From the NCBI GenBank assembly GCA_050950285.1, contig JBMNHG010000002.1:504654-568653 (forward strand): a stretch of DNA of 64,000 bases, in the 5' to 3' direction. Shown piece by piece: positions 18,101-25,770 of this stretch; positions within the stretch are counted from its first letter, which is position 1, and each line of letters begins with the position of its first letter. Both the position numbers and the translations under genes were made by a program. Under the pieces are notes generated by a model. It saw only the letters and a list, made by a program, of their open reading frames with translations. It did no database searches and was not told the DNA's origin. This stretch comes from Kiritimatiellia bacterium (GTDB lineage: Bacteria; Verrucomicrobiota; Kiritimatiellia; RFP12; JBMNHG01).

Positions 18101-19815
18101 TCGAACTCGGCATTTCGGATGCCGACGAAGATCTCGATTCCACGTCGATCGGCCTCATGGTGAACACGCGCGAAGTCTCGATTCCCGGCCTCGCCCCGCG
18201 CGTCTTCCTCCGCGACGGCGAAAGCGCCTCGTTCACCCCGCAACTCCCGAACGAATTCTTCGCCGCGCCCGAAACCATCGCCATCACGGCGGGCTCGCAA
18301 GCGGGCGACATCGGCAACACGATTTCATGGAACGGCACGGGCATTGCGGCCGGAACCAACGCCGCAGACGGCACGCTCTCGCTCGTCAGCGGCGGAACGG
18401 GCCGCACCACGCTCGACCTCTGCCTTCCCAGCGGATGGACCTTCGCCGGATCCGGCGAGGACACCCTCGCCATCGAGGTGGTCGGCTTCGAGCCCCCGCT
18501 CTACATCTCGCCCGACGGCAGCGATGCGACAGGCGAAGGCACCGAGGACTCCCCGCTCCGCACGATGACCTACGCGACCCCGCTCCTCCGCGCGGGTGAA
18601 ACGCTCCGCCTCCTTCCCGGCGTCTATGGCCCGACAGACGCCGAAGTCTTCCCCGTGACCGTCCCGCCGGGCATCGCCCTCGTCGGCGAACGCGGCGCGG
18701 GCGACGCGCCTGAAACCACCGCGATCATCGATCCAGACGCCACCGGAAACGCCTTCGTCCTTGGCACGCTCGGCGCCGACCAGGGCAACATCCCGGGCGG
18801 CGCACTCCGTTCGCTCGTGATCCGCAATGCGGCAGGAACGGGCATCTACGGACGCTTCTGGGGTGGCGACATCACGGACTGCGCGCTGCGTGACTTTGCC
18901 CCGGGCACCTTCCTCGGCTCCTGCTCCGCGCTCTACATCAACCCGTCCCGCGGAAACGTGGTTCTCTCCGGCACGGAAATCGGCTGCATCACCTCGAGCA
19001 TGTCGGTGGTTGCCTACGTCGAATCGGGCAACGGCTCGCTGACCGTCACGAACTGCTGGTTCCACGACCTCAAAGGCACGGGCGAAACGGCTTGGGAACA
19101 CACGGGCGGCATGTTCAACTCGCGCGTGCCCGTCACGGTCATGGACTCCGTCTTCGAGGACATCGTGATGCCCGGAAACGGCGGAAGCGAATCCATGGGC
19201 GTGCTCCATGCGTACAATGTCCACGCCGAATACCACCGCAACATCTTCCGCCGCATCGCGATTCACGAATACCACTTCAACTACGCGCTCCTTGCCGGCA
19301 ACCGCGACACGCCGCTCGTCGCGAACTGCCTGTTCCACGACATTACAAGCGCCGGAACCCGTCAGGTCCTGGGCGGGTACAGCGCCACCTTCAACGTCGT
19401 GAACTGCACCTTCGACAACATCCCCGCGCTCTTCTCGAGCTACGACGTCAAAGGCCGCACCCTGAGAAACTCCTCCGTGAGCCACTGCGACGCAATCAAC
19501 CTCGGTGAACAGGGAACAACGCAAGTCGTGCTGAAGAACGTGAACCTCTACGACGTCGGCGAAGGCACGGGCTTCGCGACCAACTTGAGCGAGAACGTCA
19601 CGTTCGTCGATCCCGGCTACAAGAATCCCGGAGCAGGCAACTACCACCTGCGTTCCTCGAGCGCGCTCGTGAATGCCGGCGACAACACGCTCGTTGTCGG
19701 CACGACGGACCTCGACGGCAACGACCGCATCTTCCGCGCGGACAAGGGCGGCATCGTCGACCTCGGCTGCTACGAGAACTCGACCCTCGGCGGCACGGTC
19801 TTCCTGCTCCGCTAG
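15136..19815 (+). CDS. Giant secreted LamG-domain / 2x DUF1565-type parallel-beta-helix protein (~1559 aa) with C-terminal GTVFLLR tail
   Basis: Signal peptide MNSRRLFSRFACSVIATAACVGIASAASP. LamG/concanavalin-like module (DGLTLWLDANDF ... GDIAEILVFNRVLSEAEQRTVWKYLANKWGL). Two pectin-lyase-fold/DUF1565-like units (SPFATISHAIDVANNANDGNFRTVYVGEGTF and SPLRTMTYATPLLRAGETLRLLPGVYG). Ends ...GCYENSTLGGTVFLLR*. Confidence 0.8.
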   Translation: MNSRRLFSRFACSVIATAACVGIASAASPVDVDGLTLWLDANDFAKYPTGTKVPSWTDKASSLPFTQGTDSVRPTVNKEGPNNKTVVHFERPNPGNPKQTQYLECQNNTLKTLFQAPHTSFAVARGTAAGGNGGKENATYVYALPGYHSGLQFWADGGNNLVPPTQAGAIRWLSNSSGGNVDGNFDLRASYTAGEYIMLSAVVNGYSYNTPGVSLDVFINNEPVNSGSNAGKYLYKQTSECALVRIGASNNSADWSGGLNGDIAEILVFNRVLSEAEQRTVWKYLANKWGLVGFAIGNPVTHSPLYISSGTVSIISHPEIVEGMEYQLSLEAEADNLSEADWMASSTPFPETYSFPTPAEDGDVTIYLWTRTTGENAGTNSAPATIAYTTVAPTAVAKDISIAIDSVTGYPLSASEIDNGSSDATGIYSLSVDPGVIRFATNVTLTVMNNAGLASTATAHVSISSLLDIHVETDGNDGLGDGSAGSPFATISHAIDVANNANDGNFRTVYVGEGTFSAASGEVFPYTVSNNVAIAGSGIGRTIVDGNRTGNFMNLVASTTPSRIAGLSLRRAQRYAINAESWGGVIEDCEISDISNTYNFIFVNEASARDFTLSGLVVTNITGSTSSKQLMDLRGATGGLLTITNCFFDNISTPNAAWQHGGNIRIMGSIKVQTAGWNSEVVDTVFANFTAPGGNHGEGSCIMYGKTADYGYHRIDRCVFHDIDFTNNGEVFIGGDNANATGQTLEICNSLFYNIHFKNNGPSYTSSAVGGFRVAPIVYNCTFHNVDTVVRPFTGSALKVYNSSISDCAHLAMANNPTTYVYLNNVNVCNTGDASNYSAANSSNVTSYDPYYKNASSANFKLKPLSLLVDAGNNANVQGANDLAHGVRIADGNADGTATVDIGAYEYDPSAAGARFVAGAAVYGVFEGKSVAIPVWIEPAMARDPITANVACPAGITGAATLSFTTGLETNHLVVTAADPLDVPNGTLLELGISDADEDLDSTSIGLMVNTREVSIPGLAPRVFLRDGESASFTPQLPNEFFAAPETIAITAGSQAGDIGNTISWNGTGIAAGTNAADGTLSLVSGGTGRTTLDLCLPSGWTFAGSGEDTLAIEVVGFEPPLYISPDGSDATGEGTEDSPLRTMTYATPLLRAGETLRLLPGVYGPTDAEVFPVTVPPGIALVGERGAGDAPETTAIIDPDATGNAFVLGTLGADQGNIPGGALRSLVIRNAAGTGIYGRFWGGDITDCALRDFAPGTFLGSCSALYINPSRGNVVLSGTEIGCITSSMSVVAYVESGNGSLTVTNCWFHDLKGTGETAWEHTGGMFNSRVPVTVMDSVFEDIVMPGNGGSESMGVLHAYNVHAEYHRNIFRRIAIHEYHFNYALLAGNRDTPLVANCLFHDITSAGTRQVLGGYSATFNVVNCTFDNIPALFSSYDVKGRTLRNSSVSHCDAINLGEQGTTQVVLKNVNLYDVGEGTGFATNLSENVTFVDPGYKNPGAGNYHLRSSSALVNAGDNTLVVGTTDLDGNDRIFRADKGGIVDLGCYENSTLGGTVFLLR

Positions 19816-19944
19816 AGAAATTCTCAAAAAAAAAACGGCGCGCCGCGAAGTGGACCCCCATTTCGCGGCGCGCCGCTTTGCGGCGGCAGAGGAAGAAGCC
19901 AACGCGACCCGGCGGGCGGTCTCTTTGGCCGCCGCAGTCCGTCT
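19681..19944 (+). repeat. Direct repeat copy A (~260 bp, >97% identical to 25441..25704)
   Basis: Covers the last ~135 bp of CDS 15136..19815 plus ~130 bp downstream, including the terminator hairpin. Identical apart from single-base differences (e.g. GTTGTCGGC vs GTTGCCGGC). Confidence 0.85.
19826..19880. terminator. Palindromic terminator-like hairpin (A10-CGGCGCGCCGCGAA-12nt loop-TTCGCGGCGCGCCG)
   Basis: Perfect 14-bp stem. The A-run upstream gives a U-run for minus-strand transcripts; CTTT follows on the plus strand. Confidence 0.55.
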
Positions 19945-20022
19945 TATTACTTCTTCCTTGTTTCCATCGCAATGACTCTGTACATTTTTGTTTTCAATTC
20001 ACTCCCAAGGAGCATGTTGTTT

Positions 20023-23000
20023 ATGAAGAAATCGTGGAAGTCGGCGACTGTCGGCGCCATGGTGGCGCTGTTGTCCATTGGCGTGTTCGCGGCGTGTCCT
20101 GAAGGCCTGGATGGCATGGGGCTTACCATCTGGCTCGATGCGACCGACATCGATGGCCTGGGAGATGGCAACCCCGCGGAAAACACCGCGATCAACAGCT
20201 GGACGGACAAGGCAAGCGGACTCCAGTTCACACCGATCATCGGCGGCTATACTGCCGACCAGCATCTGCCGCACCTTTATTCGAACGGGCGCGCCGGCAA
20301 GGACGTCGTCTCGTTCGGTCGCGTGAACGCGATCAACCAGGCACAGTATCTTGGCGCAACCGATTCGCGCATCGCCACACTCTTCGACAACACGAACACG
20401 GCGTTCGTGGTCGCCCAGGCCACGCTGGGTGGCAGTGACAACAACACCCAGACGACAACCTACTTCTTCGCCCGCAAAGGCTGGCACTCCGGCTTTGGCT
20501 TTATGGGTTACCCGCTGGCGACAGCGTTGCAAAACACCCGCTGGTTCGGAGGTACGGCCGCTAACGCCAACAATAAAAACATGATGCCGGCAGCACCGTA
20601 CACGAACGGCACATGGATCGCCGCCTCGCGCATCATCCGCGGCGGCACGACGATCGTCGGGGCCTCGTCCGAAATCTTCATCAACAACCGTTTGAGGGCG
20701 GCATCGACCAATGCGACCGAATCTCTCTGGGGCCATGGAGGCAGCGCCAACACGATGTATGTCGGATGTTCGGGCACGCAAAATGGCACCTACTGCGGCG
20801 GCATGTCAGGCCACATCGCGGAAATGCTCATCTTCAACCGCGAGCTGACTGCGGAAGAGCATGCGAAGGTCTGGAAGTACCTGAACGCACGCTGGCAGCT
20901 CGCCGGTGACGACGAGTACACATACGATGACGGCGTCATCCGCTCGAATGACGGCACCGTCAAGCGCACCGTTCTCGGCGGCGGCAAGTTCTGCTACGAG
21001 TTCACCGTGCCACGCGGCGAAATCAAGGTCTCGCCCGTCAGCGCATCGGTTCTCGAGCGTGCGCTGCTCGTGGGTGCGGGTGGCGCGGGCGGCCTCACGC
21101 TCGGTGGCGGCGGCGCAGGTGGCGGCGTCGTGGAGTATGCCGACCTCGACGTGACTCTCCCCCAGGAATTCACCCTCTCCGTCGGCGAAGGCGGTGTTGG
21201 CTACCATCTTTGCAATCTCGCCAGCGCCTTTTGGGCGACCAAGGGCGGAAACGGCGGCAAGACCACGCTTCATGTCGATGGGAACGAATACGTCGCGTAC
21301 GGCGGTGGCGGAGGCGCTTCATGGAGCGCGACCGCTGCGGACTCGACGTCGGGTTCGACCCCGCTCGCCAATGCCGGCGGCGGCTCCGGCGCCGGCGGCA
21401 AGGGCGGCATCGGCATCGACCACAATGGCGCCGATGTCGTCGGTTTCGCCATCAGCCATGGAAACGGCGCCGGCGGCGGCGGCGGCGCCGGCGGCGACGG
21501 CCAGGCAGCTTGCCAGAGCGGGACTCTCTACTATGCCGGTACGGGCGGATGCGGCGTCACCAACAACACCACCGGCATCGAAGTCGAATACGGCGCCGGC
21601 GGCGGTGGCGGCGGCGGCAACGGCATCCATCGCGGCCTCGCGGGCGGCGTGTCGGCCGGCGACGGCGGCGAGGCCAGCCAATTTGGCGGCCCGCAAATTG
21701 GATTCGATGGTCTCGATGGCCGCGGTGGCGGCGGTGGCGGCGGCGGCTATGCCTATGCCTGCTCCGGAGGCCGCGGCGGTTCTGGCGCCGTGATCCTCGT
21801 CATCCAGAAGAAATCGTTCGCGATCGCGGATTCCTTCTCGCTTTTCCCCGAGGCTACGGCACGCGGTGAAATCGTCGCTACATACGTCGGGGAAGCCGAG
21901 GAAGGTTCAACCTATCTTGTCTCGCTCGAGGGCGATTCCACGCAGCTGCCCTCCGTGGGCTGGACGGCCTGCGGCGGCGACCTGCCGACGTTCCAGTTCC
22001 CAACCAACACACCATACGGCACCGTCACGGTCTACTACCACGTGAAGGATGTCGGCGGCGATATCGCGACGTATTCGGCGCAGATCGCATACGTCGATCC
22101 TGCCGATTGCGTTCCCATGGTCACCGTGAAGGACGCCATGGTCACGTATGACGAATCCATCGGCGGCGTGACGCCGATCACGGTCGACATGGTCAAGGTT
22201 TCCGTGGAAGACGACTACGGGATCTATTCCGAGACACTCGACGTGACGGGCATCTGCACGGCGTCCACGAACACGACCCTCACGGTCACGAACCGCCTTG
22301 GCATCGCGGCCGGCGCAACCGCGACGGTCACAGCCTCCACGCTTTTGTGCTTCGTCTCGCCCGATGGCGATGACGGGACCGGAACGGGCTGGAGCGATGC
22401 CCCCCTCAAGACGATCACGAACGCCCTCGCTCTCGCGGAAGCGGGATACACCTTCGACGGCCTGCAACGCACGGTCTACCTCATGGAGGGTACCTACAGT
22501 GCCTCCGACGGGCAATCCTTCCCCATCACCCTGGTGGAAGGCGTGAACTTCAAGGGCGCCGGAATGGGCAAGGCGATTGTCGACGCCGAAGGTGCTGCCA
22601 ACCATCTGGTCATTCCTTCATCGACCGTGCCGTTTGCAATCTCCGGTTTCTCGCTCCGTAACGCGCAAGCGCGTTTCCTCCAGGCGTCTGCGGCGAACTT
22701 CGCACTCAAAGACGTCGAGATGAGCGGCTGCGCCACCGGCAATGGCTGCATCTACATCTGTACCTACGCCAATGCTCGCACGGTTTCGTTCGAGAACCTG
22801 GTGATGACGAATATCGCCGTGACGGTGAACCAGGGCCAGCTGGTCCACGCCGGTGGCTCGGGTGCGCTGTCGTTCGACAAGTGCCGCTTCGCGGACATCG
22901 CCATTGCCTGGGCCGGCAATGGCACCGGTTTCAAGGTCTGCTATGCGCAGAACACGGGCGCCGACCATTTCTACGCGTCGGGCTGGCCGGCAACGGTCAC

Positions 23001-25575
23001 CGACTGCGTCTTCGAAGACTGGGAATACGCCGGCTACAACAACAGCCAGGAAATCGGCGTCCTGACCTTTGCGAATTCGACCAGCCCCCACATCTTTGAC
23101 CGCTGCGTCTTCCGCAATATGAAAGTCACGAACGGACAGCGCGGCGTGCTGATGTCGCCGAACCGCGGCTCCACCAATTACATCGTCAGGAACTGCCTCT
23201 TCGAGAGCATCGAGCGCGTGGTCTTCAATTCGTTCCAGACCTATCCGAGCATCTACAACTGCACGATCCACAATTGCGGAAGCGCCTTCTGGCCGCACTT
23301 CACGATCTACGCCTACAACTGCTCGGTCAGCTCCTGCACGGGCGTTGCCGAGGGCGGCTCCAGCAGTCTCTACCTCCGGAACACCAACATCTACGATACG
23401 CCGTACGAGAACCAGTACAATGCCGACAACAGCTTCGATCTGACCTTCTTCAACCCGTTCTACAAAAACGCGGACGCCGGCAACTTCGACCTGAAGGTGT
23501 TCAGCAAGCTCGTCGACCTCGGCAACAACTCGTACGTCTCCGGCGACAAGGATTTCGCGGGTACGACGCGCATCCTCGACGGCGGAAGCGGCACTGCGAC
23601 CGTCGATGTCGGCTGCTTCGAATACGATCCCGCCGCCTCCGGCGCCGGCATCAAGTTCGAGACGGCAAACTACGGTCTCTTCGAGGACCGCTCGCTTACG
23701 CTCCGCGCGAAGGTCGATCCTGCGCCAGAAGGCACCGTAACGGCGAACGTCGGCTATCCCGAGGGCGTCTTCGGTCCCGCGACGGTCACGCTCGGCGGCG
23801 ACTGGACCTCCTTCGTAGTCACCGCGACGAACGACTTCGAGCAAGCCGATGGCACCGTCGTCGAACTGACGCTCGCCGATGCTGCCGGCGAACTCGAGGA
23901 AGGCTCCGTCGGCCTCACCCTCTACAGCCGCATCGTCATGGTCCCCAATTACAAGGCCCGCGTCTTCCTCCGCCAGGGCGAAACCGCTTCGCTCGCCATG
24001 CAGCTGCCGTCGTTGGAATTCGGCGCGCCCGGTGCAATCGGCGTAACGGCCGATGAAATGGGCGGCACCGGCACGGGCTCGATCGTCTGGGCCGGCGATG
24101 GGTTTGCCGATGGCGCAAACGCCGCAGACCAGACTGTCGCTCTCGCCGGCGGACTCGGCTCGAACACCCTCACGCTCACACTGGGCAATGGCTTCACCTT
24201 CGCGGAGTCTGGAACCGACAAACTTGCGATCGAGGTCGTCGGCTTCGTTTCCCCGCTCGTCGTCGATCCCGCGAACGGAAGCGACGGGACCGGTCTTGGC
24301 ACGGCTGAAGCGCCGCTCGCCTCGCTCAACTACGCCCTCGGGCAGTTGCGCTCCGGCGAAGCGATCGCCGCCACGGCCGGCCGCTACACGACCGTCGCGA
24401 ACGGCGGCAACGAATCGGCGTTCCCGATCATCGTCGCGCCAGGCATCTCGATCATCGGCGTGCGCGGCGAAACGGACGACGAAACGGACTCGACCGTGGT
24501 CGATCCAAATCTCACTGCGGGCGCGTTCGTGCTCGGCACGCTGGGCGGCGATCCCGGCACCATTGCGGCGGGCGCACTCAGGAATGTCGTGATCCGCCGT
24601 TCGAACGGAGTCGCGGTCAACGGCCGCTACTGGATGGGCACCATCGAGAACTGCGCGTTCAAGGAACTCTCCGGTGCGGGCACCGACAGCACGGTCGCCG
24701 GCTTCTTCGACCTGACCAAGGGCGCCACCTCGCTCGTCGACGTCGATGTCTATGCCATTACCTCGACGGCCGCCCGCGTAATCTACATCAAGAACGGCAC
24801 CGGGAACGCGGCGTTCACGCGCTGCCACTTCCACGACCTCCAATTCACCCCGAACAACATCGGCATGGCTGGCCTTGTGGATTCACGGCAGTATATTTCG
24901 GTCGACGACTGTGTCTTCGAGGACATCGTCAACACCTTGACGGGCAATCAGGGCGAGTCGCTCGGCATGGTCCACAACTACTATTCCGGACTGGCGATCA
25001 ACCGCTGCCTCTTCCGCAACTTGACGCTCAATTATCCCACAGTCGGCGGCAACCGCGTGATGGTCTACATCGACAATTCGCTCTTCTACAACATCAAGGG
25101 CGGGGGGCCGGTCTTCCGCACCTTCCGCACGTCGATCAACGTTACGGGTTGCACGGTCGACGACGTCGACCTCGTGTTCATGAACGAGTCGGACGGCACC
25201 CATACCTACACGATGGCCAACTCGTCGCTCTCGCGCGCACGGTTGAACTCTTCCCCGCAGGTTTCTGGAGGCCGTATCCGCAATGTCGCACTGCGCAATA
25301 CGAACCTCTCCGACATCCTGGAGGGCACAGGCTATACGACGAACATGTCGGTGAACGTGACCCTTCTGGATCCTGGCTTCAAGAACATCGCGAACAGGGA
25401 CTACCATCTGAAGGGATCGAGCGCGCTGAGGGATATAGGCGACAACACGCTCGTTGCCGGCACGACGGACCTCGACGGCAACGACCGCATCTTCCGCGCG
25501 GACAAGGGCGGCATCGTCGACCTCGGCTGCTACGAGAACTCGACCCTCGGCGGCACGGTCTTCCTGCTCCGCTAG
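20023..25575 (+). CDS. Giant secreted LamG / Gly-rich-module / 2x parallel-beta-helix protein (~1850 aa) with C-terminal GTVFLLR tail
   Basis: Signal peptide MKKSWKSATVGAMVALLSIGVFAA. LamG module (GLTIWLDATDIDG ... GHIAEMLIFNRELTAEEHAKVWKYLNARWQL). Gly-rich module (ALLVGAGGAGGLTLGGGGAGGGVVEY ... YGAGGGGGGGNGIH ... GGRGGSGAVILVIQKK). Two DUF1565-like beta-helix units. C-terminal 45 aa identical to the preceding paralog. Alternative start ATG at 20014. Confidence 0.8.
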   Translation: MKKSWKSATVGAMVALLSIGVFAACPEGLDGMGLTIWLDATDIDGLGDGNPAENTAINSWTDKASGLQFTPIIGGYTADQHLPHLYSNGRAGKDVVSFGRVNAINQAQYLGATDSRIATLFDNTNTAFVVAQATLGGSDNNTQTTTYFFARKGWHSGFGFMGYPLATALQNTRWFGGTAANANNKNMMPAAPYTNGTWIAASRIIRGGTTIVGASSEIFINNRLRAASTNATESLWGHGGSANTMYVGCSGTQNGTYCGGMSGHIAEMLIFNRELTAEEHAKVWKYLNARWQLAGDDEYTYDDGVIRSNDGTVKRTVLGGGKFCYEFTVPRGEIKVSPVSASVLERALLVGAGGAGGLTLGGGGAGGGVVEYADLDVTLPQEFTLSVGEGGVGYHLCNLASAFWATKGGNGGKTTLHVDGNEYVAYGGGGGASWSATAADSTSGSTPLANAGGGSGAGGKGGIGIDHNGADVVGFAISHGNGAGGGGGAGGDGQAACQSGTLYYAGTGGCGVTNNTTGIEVEYGAGGGGGGGNGIHRGLAGGVSAGDGGEASQFGGPQIGFDGLDGRGGGGGGGGYAYACSGGRGGSGAVILVIQKKSFAIADSFSLFPEATARGEIVATYVGEAEEGSTYLVSLEGDSTQLPSVGWTACGGDLPTFQFPTNTPYGTVTVYYHVKDVGGDIATYSAQIAYVDPADCVPMVTVKDAMVTYDESIGGVTPITVDMVKVSVEDDYGIYSETLDVTGICTASTNTTLTVTNRLGIAAGATATVTASTLLCFVSPDGDDGTGTGWSDAPLKTITNALALAEAGYTFDGLQRTVYLMEGTYSASDGQSFPITLVEGVNFKGAGMGKAIVDAEGAANHLVIPSSTVPFAISGFSLRNAQARFLQASAANFALKDVEMSGCATGNGCIYICTYANARTVSFENLVMTNIAVTVNQGQLVHAGGSGALSFDKCRFADIAIAWAGNGTGFKVCYAQNTGADHFYASGWPATVTDCVFEDWEYAGYNNSQEIGVLTFANSTSPHIFDRCVFRNMKVTNGQRGVLMSPNRGSTNYIVRNCLFESIERVVFNSFQTYPSIYNCTIHNCGSAFWPHFTIYAYNCSVSSCTGVAEGGSSSLYLRNTNIYDTPYENQYNADNSFDLTFFNPFYKNADAGNFDLKVFSKLVDLGNNSYVSGDKDFAGTTRILDGGSGTATVDVGCFEYDPAASGAGIKFETANYGLFEDRSLTLRAKVDPAPEGTVTANVGYPEGVFGPATVTLGGDWTSFVVTATNDFEQADGTVVELTLADAAGELEEGSVGLTLYSRIVMVPNYKARVFLRQGETASLAMQLPSLEFGAPGAIGVTADEMGGTGTGSIVWAGDGFADGANAADQTVALAGGLGSNTLTLTLGNGFTFAESGTDKLAIEVVGFVSPLVVDPANGSDGTGLGTAEAPLASLNYALGQLRSGEAIAATAGRYTTVANGGNESAFPIIVAPGISIIGVRGETDDETDSTVVDPNLTAGAFVLGTLGGDPGTIAAGALRNVVIRRSNGVAVNGRYWMGTIENCAFKELSGAGTDSTVAGFFDLTKGATSLVDVDVYAITSTAARVIYIKNGTGNAAFTRCHFHDLQFTPNNIGMAGLVDSRQYISVDDCVFEDIVNTLTGNQGESLGMVHNYYSGLAINRCLFRNLTLNYPTVGGNRVMVYIDNSLFYNIKGGGPVFRTFRTSINVTGCTVDDVDLVFMNESDGTHTYTMANSSLSRARLNSSPQVSGGRIRNVALRNTNLSDILEGTGYTTNMSVNVTLLDPGFKNIANRDYHLKGSSALRDIGDNTLVAGTTDLDGNDRIFRADKGGIVDLGCYENSTLGGTVFLLR

Positions 25576-25704
25576 AGAAATTCTCAAAAAAAACGGCGCG
25601 CCGCGAAGTGGACCCCCATTTCGCGGCGCGCCGCTTTGCGGCGGCAGAGGAAGAAGCCAACGCGACCCGGCGGGCGGTCTCTTTGGCCGCCGCGGTCCGT
25701 CGCT
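25441..25704 (+). repeat. Direct repeat copy B (pairs with 19681..19944); partial third copy at 28725..28775
   Basis: Near-identical 3' CDS end plus downstream hairpin (hairpin at 25586-25640). A truncated version of the same hairpin follows the next gene (AAAAACGGCGCGCCGCGAAGTGGACCCCCATTTCGCGGCGCC). Confidence 0.85.
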
Positions 25705-25770
25705 CCCCCGCGCGATTGTTGACGAAGAAACGGCGTTTTGATACGGTGCCCGAATAACAAGGAGAGTTCC

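Noticed and set aside
19826-19880. Possibility that the hairpin-bearing downstream repeats (19826, 25586, 28725) are small RNA genes
   Set aside because: They are short perfect GC palindromes with A/T runs at gene 3' ends; they are more economically explained as terminators. No promoter or conserved structure beyond the stem is evident.
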